From contig JAQFVV010000001.1 in the NCBI GenBank assembly GCA_028023455.1, positions 11,842,001-11,906,000 on the forward strand: a stretch of 64,000 nucleotides of DNA, in the 5' to 3' direction. The notes below the pieces were generated by a model that was not told the DNA's origin, made no database searches, and worked only from the letters and a program-made list of their open reading frames with translations. Below, one piece after another: positions 13,190 through 25,874 of this stretch. This stretch comes from Epiperipatus broadwayi. Its lineage: Eukaryota > Animalia > Onychophora. Both the position numbers and the translations under genes were made by a program. Each line of letters starts with the position of its first letter. Position 1 is the stretch's first letter.

Positions 13190-14700
13190 TTTCAACAATA
13201 AGAAAAACTAAACTATTACTAAAAAGTGGGATATCATGAAAAGAAAGAACTTTATAAAAAATTATATAACAATAAAGAACAAGAAAACAAAGTATCCCCT
13301 TATAATTATTATATCTTCTGAATTGCTACATATTTTAAATGAAGAGGTGAGGCATGCAATTAAATCTACAAACACAGAAGTTCCAGGAAATGATGGAATA
13401 ATTATTGATATTTTAAAAAAAAAAACAGGTGAAGAAATTGAAAAACTGCTGGCAATGCTACATACCAAATATTTCAATGATAAAGATGTACTAGATGATT
13501 GGAAGAATTCAGTAATAATATTAATATTTAAAAAAGATGATAAAGATATTAGAAGTTACCAATCTATCAGTCTTCTATCTTTTTTATAGAAAGTTTTTAT
13601 CAAAATAATTACAATTCGTCTATAGCAAACTTTTGATTATAATCAAACAAAAGAACAAACTGGATTTAAAAGTGGTTTTAGCATAGATTAAATCTAAATA
13701 TTGTGCGAAGTTATGGAAAGATTCAATGCATATGAGTTGCTATTATACTTTGGATTTAAAGACTATGAAAAGACATTTGATTCTATAAATATTTTTAAGA
13801 TGATTAAAGCATTGGATTATCAAGATACAGACCCTAAATAATCGCATTCTGAAGAATAATTATCAAAATACAATAACAATAAATAGATTATATGGTTACA
13901 TTAAGAAGATTAACGTTGAGAAGAGTGTATTATAGGATGACTTCACATCTCCAAAATTGTTTACAGTAATTTTATAAGAAGTATTGTCTGTGGATTAAAA
14001 TGGAAAACTAGGGGAGTAAATAAAATTATTTAATTAAGACATCTAGATTTTGCAGATTACATGATTATTTTTGCATTCATAGCTTCAGGAAGGTTGAAAG
14101 AAGTATCAGATGAAAATAAGAATGCTAAAAAGACTAAAATAATGTTCAATAATTTTTCACAGAAATAAAAGTTTGATAATCATGAATTAGAAAAGGTTAA
14201 CAATTAACAGACGGAAACATAATGGATGAAATTAATCACAGAATAAAACTTGTTTGAAAAGGATGGTTTTTAATAGATGTGTTTTACTAGTTCTTAGTTA
14301 TGGATTTAAGAATCCACTTAACAGAAGACCACTACAGATTCAGAGAACCCTCAATAAAACATGGTGAAAATGTTAAATGTTAGGAGTAACAAGAAGAGAT
14401 TGCAAATGAAATATATAGATTTGCAAATAAATAGGAATCACTACATTACTGATAGAATTAAAAGACTAAAATGAAGCTGGCCTGATCACAATGGGAGAAG
14501 AGATAATAGATGGCCAGTTGAAGCTTTGTATTTAATCCTAAGAGACAGTAAGAGATCTCATGCAAGATAAATGGATGAAATAAAAAAGTTTGCTATTTGG
14601 TTATGGACAAGAGAAGCTAGAAATCAGATTAACTGGAATACACTTGGAGAGATTTTCATCACCCAGTAATCGGTGAAAATATGACAAATTAGACATTTTT
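13190..14700 (+). mobile_element. 5'-truncated, degraded RTE-clade LINE (RT domain to 3' end)
   Basis: ORF 13236-13589 reads EEVRHAIK..PGNDGIIIDILKK..WKNSVIILIFKK..SYQSISLLS (RT N-terminal region). Downstream frames carry DYEKTFDS and HLDFAD-like remnants with stops. Confidence 0.85.
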
Positions 14701-16329
14701 AAACCAGCTAAATATTTATATTTTTAATAAGATTAAAAAAAAAAACTTTTTTAAAATTGTAAATCATAAATAAAATCAGGTTGTTAATTTTTGTTTATAT
14801 CAAAAATCCCCCTCCCTCTCTCAACAAGAAAAATGCATGGTAGAATTTATAAACAAACAAAATTATTTCTACTCCCCCACCCTCCAAATCTCCAATATTT
14901 TTTAACATTAAAGATATTCATTTCATACAACGTAATAAATTCTTGGGTTTTAGTGAATTGATGTTATCTTTGTCAATTATTAATTGTATTTCTAATCTTA
15001 TACTGAATAAAATCTATACTGTTTTATCTCAGCTCTTTTAAATAATCCTTCATAAGGAAGATCTGCATCATTTTTTTCCTTAATGTATTTCTTCTATTTT
15101 GTTTGCTTCTATTCATTGTTTCTGTTTTCTAAGTATTATTTTATAATACTTAAACTGAGCAGCAGCAATATAGGATAATAATGATTATAATATGATCTAT
15201 ATAGCATAACAATTTCAAAATGCACATGAGAAAGCAATCACATACTAATCCTGTATAAGATATTGAAAACTTTGTAAATAGCTAAATGTCATTTATATGA
15301 TGATGATTTGATAATCGGTAAATAAGTGTATGTGTCTGCTACATAAATATATCATACATACCAATAAACTTCAGGATGAAGACAATAAGATCATATATGA
15401 AGTATAAAAATTAATTGAAAGATAAAATGGAAAAAGTATAAAAATTAACTGAAAGATAAAATGGAAAAAGTACATAAGTAATTTACATGATAGAAATATG
15501 TTATTTATTTTAAAACAAGGTGGATCATAGACGAACTATGACTGAGATAGTCAAACAAAGCACAGAGAATTGTTAAAATTTCAATTAAATTATTGAAAAT
15601 TTATCATTTTGGAAAGTGACTGGTACATTTTCAATGATTACAATTCTTTAAAGAAAAGACTAGTTGCAGTAAAATACCATTTGTGTGGTCTATTGCTGAA
15701 GCTCATATGATATGAGAGATCTAAGTAGATTTGAACACAATTTCAGTCAAATGACCAAATAGTTTTCTTTTACTGTGTTTATTAACTAAGAAATTATCCT
15801 AGACGTTTAGTACTTGATTCTAACATTTTACAATTGTAATAAACAGCACATGGTAATGCAGTAAAATATAAAATTTAAGAATAAGTTTAATCTCAAATGC
15901 AATTAATGTATTATTAAGAGTATTTAATATGATTGTGCTAGAAAAGCAGTTTAGAAAACAAGAAATGCATAGAAGTTTGATGTCAGGATGTAATATTTAC
16001 TCAGAGTGTAAAAAAACTTGTAATAAATAAATTGAGTTATTTAATTGGATATTTTAAAGAAAAGTATAAATTGAAAGGATGAACTATATTTTTATCAGTT
16101 ACTTAATTAAGAAAATATTAATGAGGATTGAAATAAAAAATGAAAAGCTTTAGAGCAGGTTAACATTTAAAAATATTTAATAACTTGTTTTCTCATTATA
16201 AAACTGGAGATGATATTTAAGTGAGAATTATAATTCTAAATAACCATTTAATAAATTAGATCATATGACATCTGACTTGATTTTTTATCAATTTAACCAT
16301 TTAATAAGGAAATGAAGTTATTTTTGGTC

Positions 16330-16560
16330 TACTAAATTTAAAAACAAAAAACTTTAATTGAACAAAGTGTAAAATGGAACACTTAGAGGTAGACAAATTA
16401 TGAAGAATATGTTGGAAGAATCTGTAGAGGTAAAAATAAAAGTAAAAGAAAAAAGCTGAATAACAACCTGTAGAAAGAAAATAATTATGTATGTCCAAAA
16501 GATAAGAGCAGAAAATAGAGATTGGATAAGGGTTGTAGTGCTGATATATAGACCACCAAA
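16330..16560 (+). mobile_element. Short LINE APE-endonuclease fragment
   Basis: ATAAGGGTTGTAGTGCTGATATATAGACCACCA = IRVVVLIYRPP, a YRPP motif typical of LINE APE domains; only a short stretch is recognisable. Confidence 0.4.
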
Positions 16561-17584
16561 ATAAGAAAAACTTTCAACTTATGTATGCGTCATGGTATCC
16601 ATTCAGGACTACTTTTCTTAACAAATTCGATATTAATATTTATTAAAAAGGTTTCTTAATTTCATAGCTACAGGGAAAAATCCAACTTTTGTTTTGAAAT
16701 TTATCTTAAATATCAGAACAATCATGAAAAAACTGAACATATTGCATTTTCTTAAACTAATGACCGGGTGTTGTGTTGTTAGAATTTCTGAAAAAAATGA
16801 CATTGAATTCTATCAAACATTATATTTTTTGCTTTATATTAGTAATAGATTATTTGTATAACTTAATTTTTACTTCAGAGACATTTTATTTATCTTCCAA
16901 ACACTTTCTTATATAAATCTCTTTATTAAAATGTAATACTACTTCACTTTTTTACACAAAGATTTTAAAAAATACAAAATAATGGAATTATTTATGATAT
17001 TGTATGTGAACATACATTTTATATTAGTTTTTTTTAAATAATTTTACTGATGTTTATATTTTTAATAAAATTGCCACATTTTAAACAATTTACTTTAGCA
17101 AAAAATTTATTACTCTAGCATAAATTTGAAAGAAATATTTAAAGCTAATTATAAAATAATGAATACCTGATTAACTCAATATTCAAAAACAACTTGAAAA
17201 CAAAATTCTGACTTGTGTGTGTGATTTTTTTTTTTTTTTTTGGCAATTTATCTTCAGCAACCATATATATTAAAATATATATATACACAAATTGTATTCA
17301 AATAAACATTATAAAAAATTGAAATGTGCTAAACTAATTTTATGAAAAAAATAATTTTTTAATTAAAAGTATAATTAAAAAGACAATTCATTAGAACCTA
17401 AATCAATTACTATCACAAAATTTCAGAAATCAAAAGCATTTTATATTTAAAACAATAAGGGTTTATCAGAATAAAAAAACAACCCACCCCCCCCAATCCA
17501 TTAAACAAAAAATTTATTGAACAAAATTAATATGAAAATTCTGCGTGTTTTAGTGCAGTAATAGAGGGATAAATTTTAGAGTCC

Positions 17585-18821
17585 ACTGTGTGATGCAAAA
17601 GTGGGTACACAGTTGTAAGAGATATACAGAGTTTATTATTTATTACATTTTTTTGTTTTGTTAATATTTTGTTTTTTATTGTTTGGCATTCTTTTTTTTT
17701 TTTTCAGATAACCATGGCAGGAAATTGAAACAATAAAAGAAAGTGGTTAATCAAACAACACTGGAAGACAGTGAATGCTGAAATGGTTTGACAGAAATAG
17801 GCTGATGAATTCACTACCCACCACCAAGAAAGACCGATAATTTACAGATTACATGCTAAACTTGTTCAAACAAGATCCATTTGTAATGCGCTAAAGAGTG
17901 ATCGACGAGTCAGTGATACTTGCACAGGCATTTATTAAAAGTCTCCCCCCCCCCCAAAGAGCTTCTATAGAGTTAGACATTTCTTGCAGATCTTTGTGTC
18001 ATCTTTGCAACATTTAAATTTGATAATGTATCAGTCAAAATTACTTTATGGATTATTAGAGAATGATCCAGATTGCCATTTATAATTGTGAGCCACTTTT
18101 GAATGAAGAAAAACAAGTCATTCTAAAAATTTGTTGGTTCAACGAAGCAAATTTTTAACTTTCCAGCACTGTTAATAGGCATAACTGTGTCTATTACTTA
18201 ATAAAAAAACCTCATGAAACAATTGAATCAACCTGGTGTTAACAGTTTGGATGGGCCTTTCATGTAAGGTCATTATTGGACCTATCTTTTTCAACACCTT
18301 ACCCATAGTCTATATCTTAAAATGTTACTTATTTCGCAATTACGTTATAGCATGATAGTGAAAACTTCTATTTGCAGCAAGATAGAATTCCTCTCCACTA
18401 CACAGTAACAATGTGTGAATTTCTTGACAAAGATTATCCCAATAAATGGATAGATTGATGAGGGCCAGTTGAATGGCTACCATGATCAATAGACCTCACC
18501 CCAACGGATTTCTTTCGGGGTTTTGTCAAAGATAAAAGATATTTACAAGAAAACCATGTGCTGTTGATGATGTGTACATTCAAAAGAGAAGAATGCCAAG
18601 AAATTGATAATGATAAAAACCTGTGTTAGGATGTACATGAGTGTAGAAACTAAACTCGAGAAATGTGTAAATGCTGAAGGCCAGCAATTCAAGCATTTAA
18701 GAGATTGTACTTAATTATAATTTTATGTTATTCATATTGTGACTTGATAAAATTATTAAATTACATAATTTTTTTTTTTTTTCATAATAAAACTGTATAC
18801 TTACTTTTACACCCCCCTGTA
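17585..18821 (+). mobile_element. Degraded Tc1/mariner-superfamily DNA transposon
   Basis: Decayed LQQD..P.HY and W(L)P*S(I)DLTP(T)DFF..GFVKDK, matching the WPPRSPDLTPLDFF motif. Imperfect TIRs at ~17585-17620 and ~18790-18821; right end ...CTG|TA. Confidence 0.85.
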
Positions 18822-20694
18822 TACGAATCATAGCTCTAGCATGCTGAATCTGGTGTTCAAACCTATGAACTCCCAGACAATAAATCATTCCTACTATTAT
18901 TATTATTAATATGGAGACAACAGAAACACTTATTAAAATTACTAAGGATATTAGCTCCTTCATGCATAAGCAAATTATAAGCTAAAATGATTTCTGAACA
19001 AAGCAAAAAAAGATTACATGTAATATGCAGAATTATGCAAGACAAAAAATGTTTTATCAAAGATATAAAATAGAGCCATAATTATAAAATAGAAAAATAT
19101 ATATAAATTAAAATAATTAATCAATCTTTGTATAGTGAAAAAATAACTTCTACTCTAATGAAAAACAAGATTCTTAATTAAAAATTATGAGAAATTTTAA
19201 AATATAGTAAATGACAAACAGAAATTAGTAATTAAAAAATGCATTTTGCCATCGAATCTATACAAAACAATACAATCCCCTCTCATCAAAAGCTATAAAA
19301 TTAATGAAACTAAAAATGGAACAAAAATGTATATTTATATATACAGCAGGATAGAATGGAAAACAACCTATCATTTTTAAAAAAATATAAAACACAGCAA
19401 CTACAAAATGACTAACTTTGCATAAGCTAAATTTATATTAAAAAAAATACAAATATATCCTTATGATCATCTATTCATGTTATGTAAAATGATCAACACT
19501 GTTAATATTTCAAGCTTAAGAAACAAGATATTTACTTAGATTATAGATTTTATCCCCAAAATATATTGAAATGATTCATAATCTTAGAAAAAAGAAAATA
19601 AAAATTTCTCAATTAAAAACTTATAGTGAGAGAGAGAATAAAAACGGACATCATATTAATGTGCCATTTGTAAATCAGCAAAGTAAGTTTGAAATGTGAA
19701 TAGCACTGTAGCTTAAATATATATATATATACAGTGCAGGATATAAATTGTGGTGTAAAATAAGTATTGAAAACTGGACCTTTGTATTTCTTTGTATGGT
19801 TATGAAATTGGATAACAAAAACAATTCAAAAACAAAGTATTCAAAACAACACTGTTAATTAGATATTACAAAAATAAAATACAGTAACACCTTATAATCA
19901 CAAAAAGACCAGTGACGTTAGATATATATCATCTAATATAAACTATTACAAATAACAGTATGGATCCCGAACATCATTAGCTAAATTTATAGAAAGATTA
20001 TAAAAGAATAGAAATAAATTGAATTCAGTGAACAATCTAGGAAACGTTTTCATAGATGATGATGAAACCAAATAAGCTATCTGAATAAATAGAAGAGCTA
20101 GATACTAATTATTGAAAATATGATCAATCTGCAAATGTGATTATTTTCTATTAATATTTATTTTCGACATTTAGTCTTGTCTCATAATTTTTCTAACAAT
20201 ATAAAACAACGTAAGTCCAACGAAAACAATGTCACAGATAACATTCAAAAAGTCTTGTTTATCAATTAAATTATTTGAAATTGGCTATATGCCAATGCAA
20301 CAAAAAATATATTACGCATAATTATTTCTACCTTATTTAAATACATAACGGTGTGTAATTGCTAAAAATTTCCTGATGCATTATTTCCATAAAATATGAA
20401 CTTATAATTCTAAAAAAAAAAATGTCAGGAAAATGGTTAAAATAGCATTAGACAAATAAAATTAATACCTAAATTACTTAAATTCTAATATTTTCTTAAT
20501 AATTAACGATTAGTTTCTACAAAAATTAAATAAAAATCTATCTTCATAATTCTTACAGATGAAATTTCATGATTATTTATTGTATTCAAGGAAGGTGGGG
20601 GGAAAAAAATATCAACATCAGGAAACAGCTAGGAGGTCATTGTTAAATAATCAAGACAGCAACAAACAATATTGCTCACTTGGTTGACACTCAC

Positions 20695-20775
20695 CCAAAT
20701 ATAACGGCATTCCAAAGCATAATATTATTATCTGTAGGCGCTCCACTCACACCAGCAGGAGGATCTTCTTGCAAT
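20695..20775 (-). CDS. UBE2A: Ubiquitin-conjugating enzyme E2 RAD6/UBE2A-B, exon 2 (81 nt)
   Basis: ttcag|ATTGCAAGAAGATCCT...ATATTTGG|gtgagt encodes (R)[26 protein letters not shown](G); canonical splice sites. Confidence 0.97.
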
Positions 20776-20917
20776 CTGAAGAAAAAAGATGGAAACTTCA
20801 TGTTATTTAAAAATATTAATTTCAGTATCGAATTAAAAAAAATCTTGCTAAATCCGCCATTTTGAATTTATCTGAGTAACAACAGCTAACACTTGATTAA
20901 TATAGCTGCTTTGATAC

Positions 20918-20961
20918 CTTTTAAAGTCTCTCATTAATCGCCTTCTTGCTGGTGTGGACAT
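20918..20961 (-). CDS. UBE2A: Ubiquitin-conjugating enzyme E2 RAD6/UBE2A-B, coding part of exon 1 (44 nt)
   Basis: ATGTCCACACCAGCAAGAAGGCGATTAATGAGAGACTTTAAAAG|gtatca = MSTPARRRLMRDFK(R), the conserved RAD6 N-terminus. A 142-nt intron joins it in frame to exon 2. Confidence 0.97.
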
Positions 20962-20989
20962 TTGAAAACTTTTAGTTTTTAATGATTCT

Positions 20990-21140
20990 TTTACGATGTT
21001 AAAGAAATGTTAATTACGCCGATAAACGTAGACTATGAGAACTTCAATGTCGAACTCAAAATATTTTTCTCAATAAATGACGTACACATCCGGGCATGAT
21101 GTGACGTTTTGAATGACATCATCCTAAGAGCGTAAAGTTG
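20990..21140 (-). promoter_or_regulatory. Probable UBE2A 5'UTR/core promoter
   Basis: Lies immediately upstream of the ATG and is locally CpG-rich in a CpG-poor window. CRE/ATF-like TGACGT motifs at 21078 and 21102. TSS not determinable. Confidence 0.45.
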
Positions 21141-22204
21141 CACTTTTGAACTGGAAATAATATTGTGAAATCATTTTGTTCATTATATTTTTTAATTGGC
21201 CAATGTAAACGATGTAAAGTAAACTGTTTGAAAGAAAATACTGTACTTATATATAATATTTACTTCCAGATCTGTAGACATTTTCCAGTTTCCCGAAAAT
21301 TATTATTTTTTTAAAATCATAATTAAACAGCTAACGAAAGCTCACTTTTATTTTAACATTTATTTATTACAAAATTAAATTACTCATTTTGATTTATCAA
21401 ATATATGATTTTTTTCCCGTTAAACGCTAAAACTACTATTATTTGAGTCCGAGTTTTTTTTTTTGTTACATGAGATATATATTTACTCTAAGTCATCTAG
21501 TTTTAAAGAGTAGTAATGGAATTGTACAAGAGAACCGATTTTTCGGAATATATTTTAAATCTACATGTTTGCGTGATATGCATATTTGCCAATAAGACAT
21601 GTAACGTCTGAGTATATAAGAAAGAAAAAGTAGTTGTTTTCAATTATACCCCATTTGTGGAGAAATACTGCGCTCGATATAAGTACACGATTGTCAGTTT
21701 ACCTTTCCAAATCACCGTACATCATTTGCTAATAATACCTAAGAAAAATTGTTTTGATTTATCTGCTGATGTATTAATAATATTAAGGAGAAAAAAATCT
21801 GTTACAATCCTCGGATTATTTTCAATAATGATATCTATTTTTTTTTTTATCGCAGAAAATTTTCCAAACATTTCACAGAGATGTTTTAATAAATCTCTTA
21901 TTATTTGATAATGTAGTTATAACTACCTGTTATATGCGATTCATCAGAGCCATGTTTTGATAATCATTACTGATTGTTACCGCTAGTTTCTTGCGTAATT
22001 TGATATCAGGATAGAGTAGAAGACTGCAACTGTAGATCCATGGTTTGTAGACTATTTTCAGTGCCGTAATTTCCAAAAATTGTTTTTCACAGATAGTCAT
22101 TCTAACATATAGTTACTCAATGATGCCCTTAGCATTTGTGAAACCTCTTTCAAAAATTACATAGAAGTTTCCATCTGAAAAGAACCTATCTAACATCGTA
22201 CTAT

Positions 22205-24250
22205 GTTTAGTATTAATGTTAATTATTACGTTCATATTTAAAATATGATTATTCTGACTTGGATAAGAAGATTAAGTTTGTTATAGAAAAAGAAGAGAAT
22301 AATATACTGACATATTTGGATATAAAAATGATGAAGTCACATGAGAAAGGGAAATGTAGAATTGAAACATCAATTCATAAAAAAAGTGATATAGATAATA
22401 ATATAACTAATTGGCATTCAAATATAAATATAAGATATAAAGTAAATAGAATACATTCTAGAATTCATAGAGTGATAAATTATTGTTCAAGTAAAGAAGA
22501 TTATGTTAAACAGGTAGAGTTAATTAAAAAAGAATTTATAAATAATGATTATCCATATAAATTTATAAGTGATAATATTAGATTAATAGAAAATAAGATA
22601 AAGTCTATAAGTAATAATGAAATAGAAAGAAGTAGTAATAAAGTTAATTATATAGGTATAAAGAAGGAATAATTATATAGTTAAAAATTTAAATAAGGTT
22701 ATAGGTAAAATTAATAAAAAGTTTAGTAATGTATTAAATGTTAAAGTAGTTAATAAAAGGAGAAAAAATATGATTAGTATTTTAAAAAATAAATACAGCA
22801 TATTAGTAGTTATAATAAAAATTTAGATAATGAAATAAATGGCGTATATGAGATTAATTGTAAAAAGTGTCAAATTAATAATATAAAAATGAATTATGTT
22901 GGAGAAACGAAGAATTCAATATATAGAAGACTGTTACAACATAAGTATGATAAAAATTCACCGATATATTTGCATAAATTAGAGACAGGGCATGAATTTG
23001 AAAAGGATGGTACACTTTACCAATAACAAAAATAAGAAGTTATTTATATTAATAGTATTAGATCTGTTTTGAACAGAGATTTAGGATAGAAAATAATTTT
23101 GATATAAAATAAAGGGGTATAGAAAATTTTTAGTTATATAAAAATCAGAAGAGGGAGCTGCTAATAATTTAAAGAGGGGGGGGGGGGCGTAATAAAAGTT
23201 TACCGATAGTTTTTTTATTAAATTTTGATTGTATCAGTTGAGATTAGGAGATATAACAGTGAGTTAAAAAATAATTTGAAAGTGTGTTTGAAATAATAAA
23301 ATTAAATATTAAAAGATTATAAATTATTGAATGGGTAGGTTATGAATATTGATAGTTAGTAAAATGGATAATAATAATAAAAATATAAGACATTAAATTA
23401 AAGTGGAGTATTTAAAGAGTAATGAGAATAAAATAAATAAAGAATAAAAAAAAAATTTTTAAAAAAATTTAGTTATAAAATAGGAAGAAGTAGGTACTAT
23501 TAATATATGTGTAAATTTAAAGAGGGGGGGGGGGTACTCAAAGTATAACGGTAAAATTTTTGGAGTTTTTAAAAAAAATTAAGATTTTTTTTAAAATTTG
23601 ATTTTAACATTGAGTTAGGAATTAACAAAGGTGCTTAGAATTATATTATAAAGTAAAATAGATTATAAGTTATTGAATAATTGTTAGTAAAGTGAATAAT
23701 AATAATGTAAAGTATGAAAGATATATTATGAGAATAGGATAAAATAAGGAATAAAAGTAGAATATATATATATGGGAAAAATATATACGTATGTGTGTAG
23801 GTATATATATATGTGTATATATAAGGGTAGGAAATATTTTGATTAATAAATATAAATTTATTAAACGCACATTGATTACGTAAGTAATATTTACTGAGGC
23901 TATAACCTCGATAATATGCGTATAACCTGAGTAAATATTATTAATAAATATAGTAAATATTATTAATAAATATAGAATGTAAAAGGGAAGAAATGAATAA
24001 CAATAATGTAAAATAAAGGTATTATAGGATGTATAGAGATTGTAAATTATATGTTCATGTATATTTATACTCGTGTTTTTATTATGTTGTAGTTCTGAAG
24101 AAGATTGCTGGGGCAGTCGAAACTATAAAGGGCAGAAAAGGGTGGATAACAAAGCATTGTAAAAGTAGTAAAAGTGTTTGGTCGATTGAATATTATATGA
24201 TTATATTCTGACTGCTTTGTAAGATAAAATAAAAACATACAATTATTATT
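22205..24250 (+). mobile_element. 5'-truncated Penelope-like element (RT thumb, GIY-YIG endonuclease, pseudo-LTR)
   Basis: ORF 22259-22672 (IKFVIEKEENNILTYLDI..HSNINIRYK..LIKKEFINNDYP). At ~22840-22950 GVYEINCKKC..YVGETKNSIYRRLLQHKY (GIY-YIG). Hammerhead-like motif downstream. Confidence 0.88.
24090..24130 (+). ncRNA. Minimal hammerhead-ribozyme-like motif, probably degenerate
   Basis: CTGAAGA (24095-24101), A, 6-bp stem GATTGC/GCAGTC with TGGG loop, GAAA, CTATA. Located in a Penelope 3' region; stems I and III are poorly supported. Confidence 0.5.
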
Positions 24251-25874
24251 TATTCTATAAAGCTCATTTTCCTTGCCTTTTACTGTGCATAAAAGATTAA
24301 AAAACAACTAAATGGCAAATTTTTAAGACATTATAATGCCTGCAGTAAATTTTAACTTAGAAAAACTTTCTACTGAAATAAAAGAAAACAAATTGTTAAT
24401 ATATATTTTTAAGTTATACTGTACACAGTATATTTTATCATGAATTTTAAGTTAAAAAAGAGAAATTATTAGGATATAAAAAAAAAAAATTAATTTTATA
24501 CAAATCACACATATTAAAATCTTTATCATCTACTCAAAATAATATCCATATTCACTTTAGAAGTTATTAGTAATTGTTAGATAAACATGACTTTAAAATG
24601 ATAAATATTAGAATGAGGTGTATAACACAATTTAAGTGCATGCTTGTTAAGGAGACTATCTAATCAATGTGCAATTGATTAAGTGAGTATAGGTCAGATG
24701 GTAGAATTTATTATACTTCAGAAATCAATTATGGTTCAATGTGGAAACAAACACTCTTGAATATCAAGTACCCCTTTACAAAATATATCTAATTATAAAA
24801 CTTCAAAAAAATCAAAACTAACAGAATTTGGGAAGTCTTGGAGAATCTGCTTTTCAAAGATTAATTTGTATTAGTTAAGTAGTACTATTTAAGATGTGTA
24901 GAATTGAGTTATTCATTCTACTTGTTATTATTGGCTGAATATCCCCACATTATTGTATTAAAACTTGAGTATCAAAAACTGTATTTAATTCAGAAAAGTC
25001 TTTTATTTAATTCCTCAGTACATAACACACACACAAAAAATTGATATCAAATATACCAATTTTCTTGTGTGAAAAGCTGACGTTGACCCATGAGTGTGGA
25101 AAAACAAAATAGTTCATCCATGTAAGCAAAATATGTATGTAACATGACTAAACGAAAAAGCATAGTAAACAATTTCCTGTCACAATTACAATTAAAGAAA
25201 TCATTTTTCTGGTGCAATTGTAATTAAACAAAACAATTTTCAGAAATAACTAAGAAACCAATTTTCTGGCTCAGATAATGAGTTGTGACAATTTCCTGAC
25301 ACACTGCATACTGGTGTAAGAAAACAAATAGTATATTTAAGTAAACTGAATATAAGACAAGAATTGTGACAATTTGCTGACACAACACACAGGTGTAGGA
25401 AAACAGTGTATTTTAGTAAACTGAATATATGACATGATTAAATGATTTTTTTTTTCCAACTAAACACAAGTAAGCCAATTTTGTGCTAAAGTCATTGTGA
25501 ACTAATAATTATGGGAAAATTTTTTTGATTCAGCCTGATAAACTGAACATTGACATGATGTGACTAAATGACAAACACAAGTCAATTAACTATTGTAATC
25601 ACTTGTGATAATTTGGGTTCAGTTCTATACCAAAAATAAGATTTCATGGATGGAATATATATATTATAAAGGGCTATGCTATCTTATGTAAGCTTTAGAA
25701 AGTATAGATGCCAGATGATACTCCTTAATAGATCCCTATCTAATATCTCCAGATTAATTTCTAGCATATGATTTTTCTCAATGAGGAGCTTTACGATCTT
25801 GGAACAGTGCACCTGAATTTTTAGAATCTAACCATCATTTAATTTTCTGAAACCAGTTCTCTCTATATATATAT

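Noticed and set aside
20680-20865. Plus-strand 61-aa ORF from the ORF track
   Set aside because: It is the antisense shadow of UBE2A exon 2; the real coding frame is on the minus strand.
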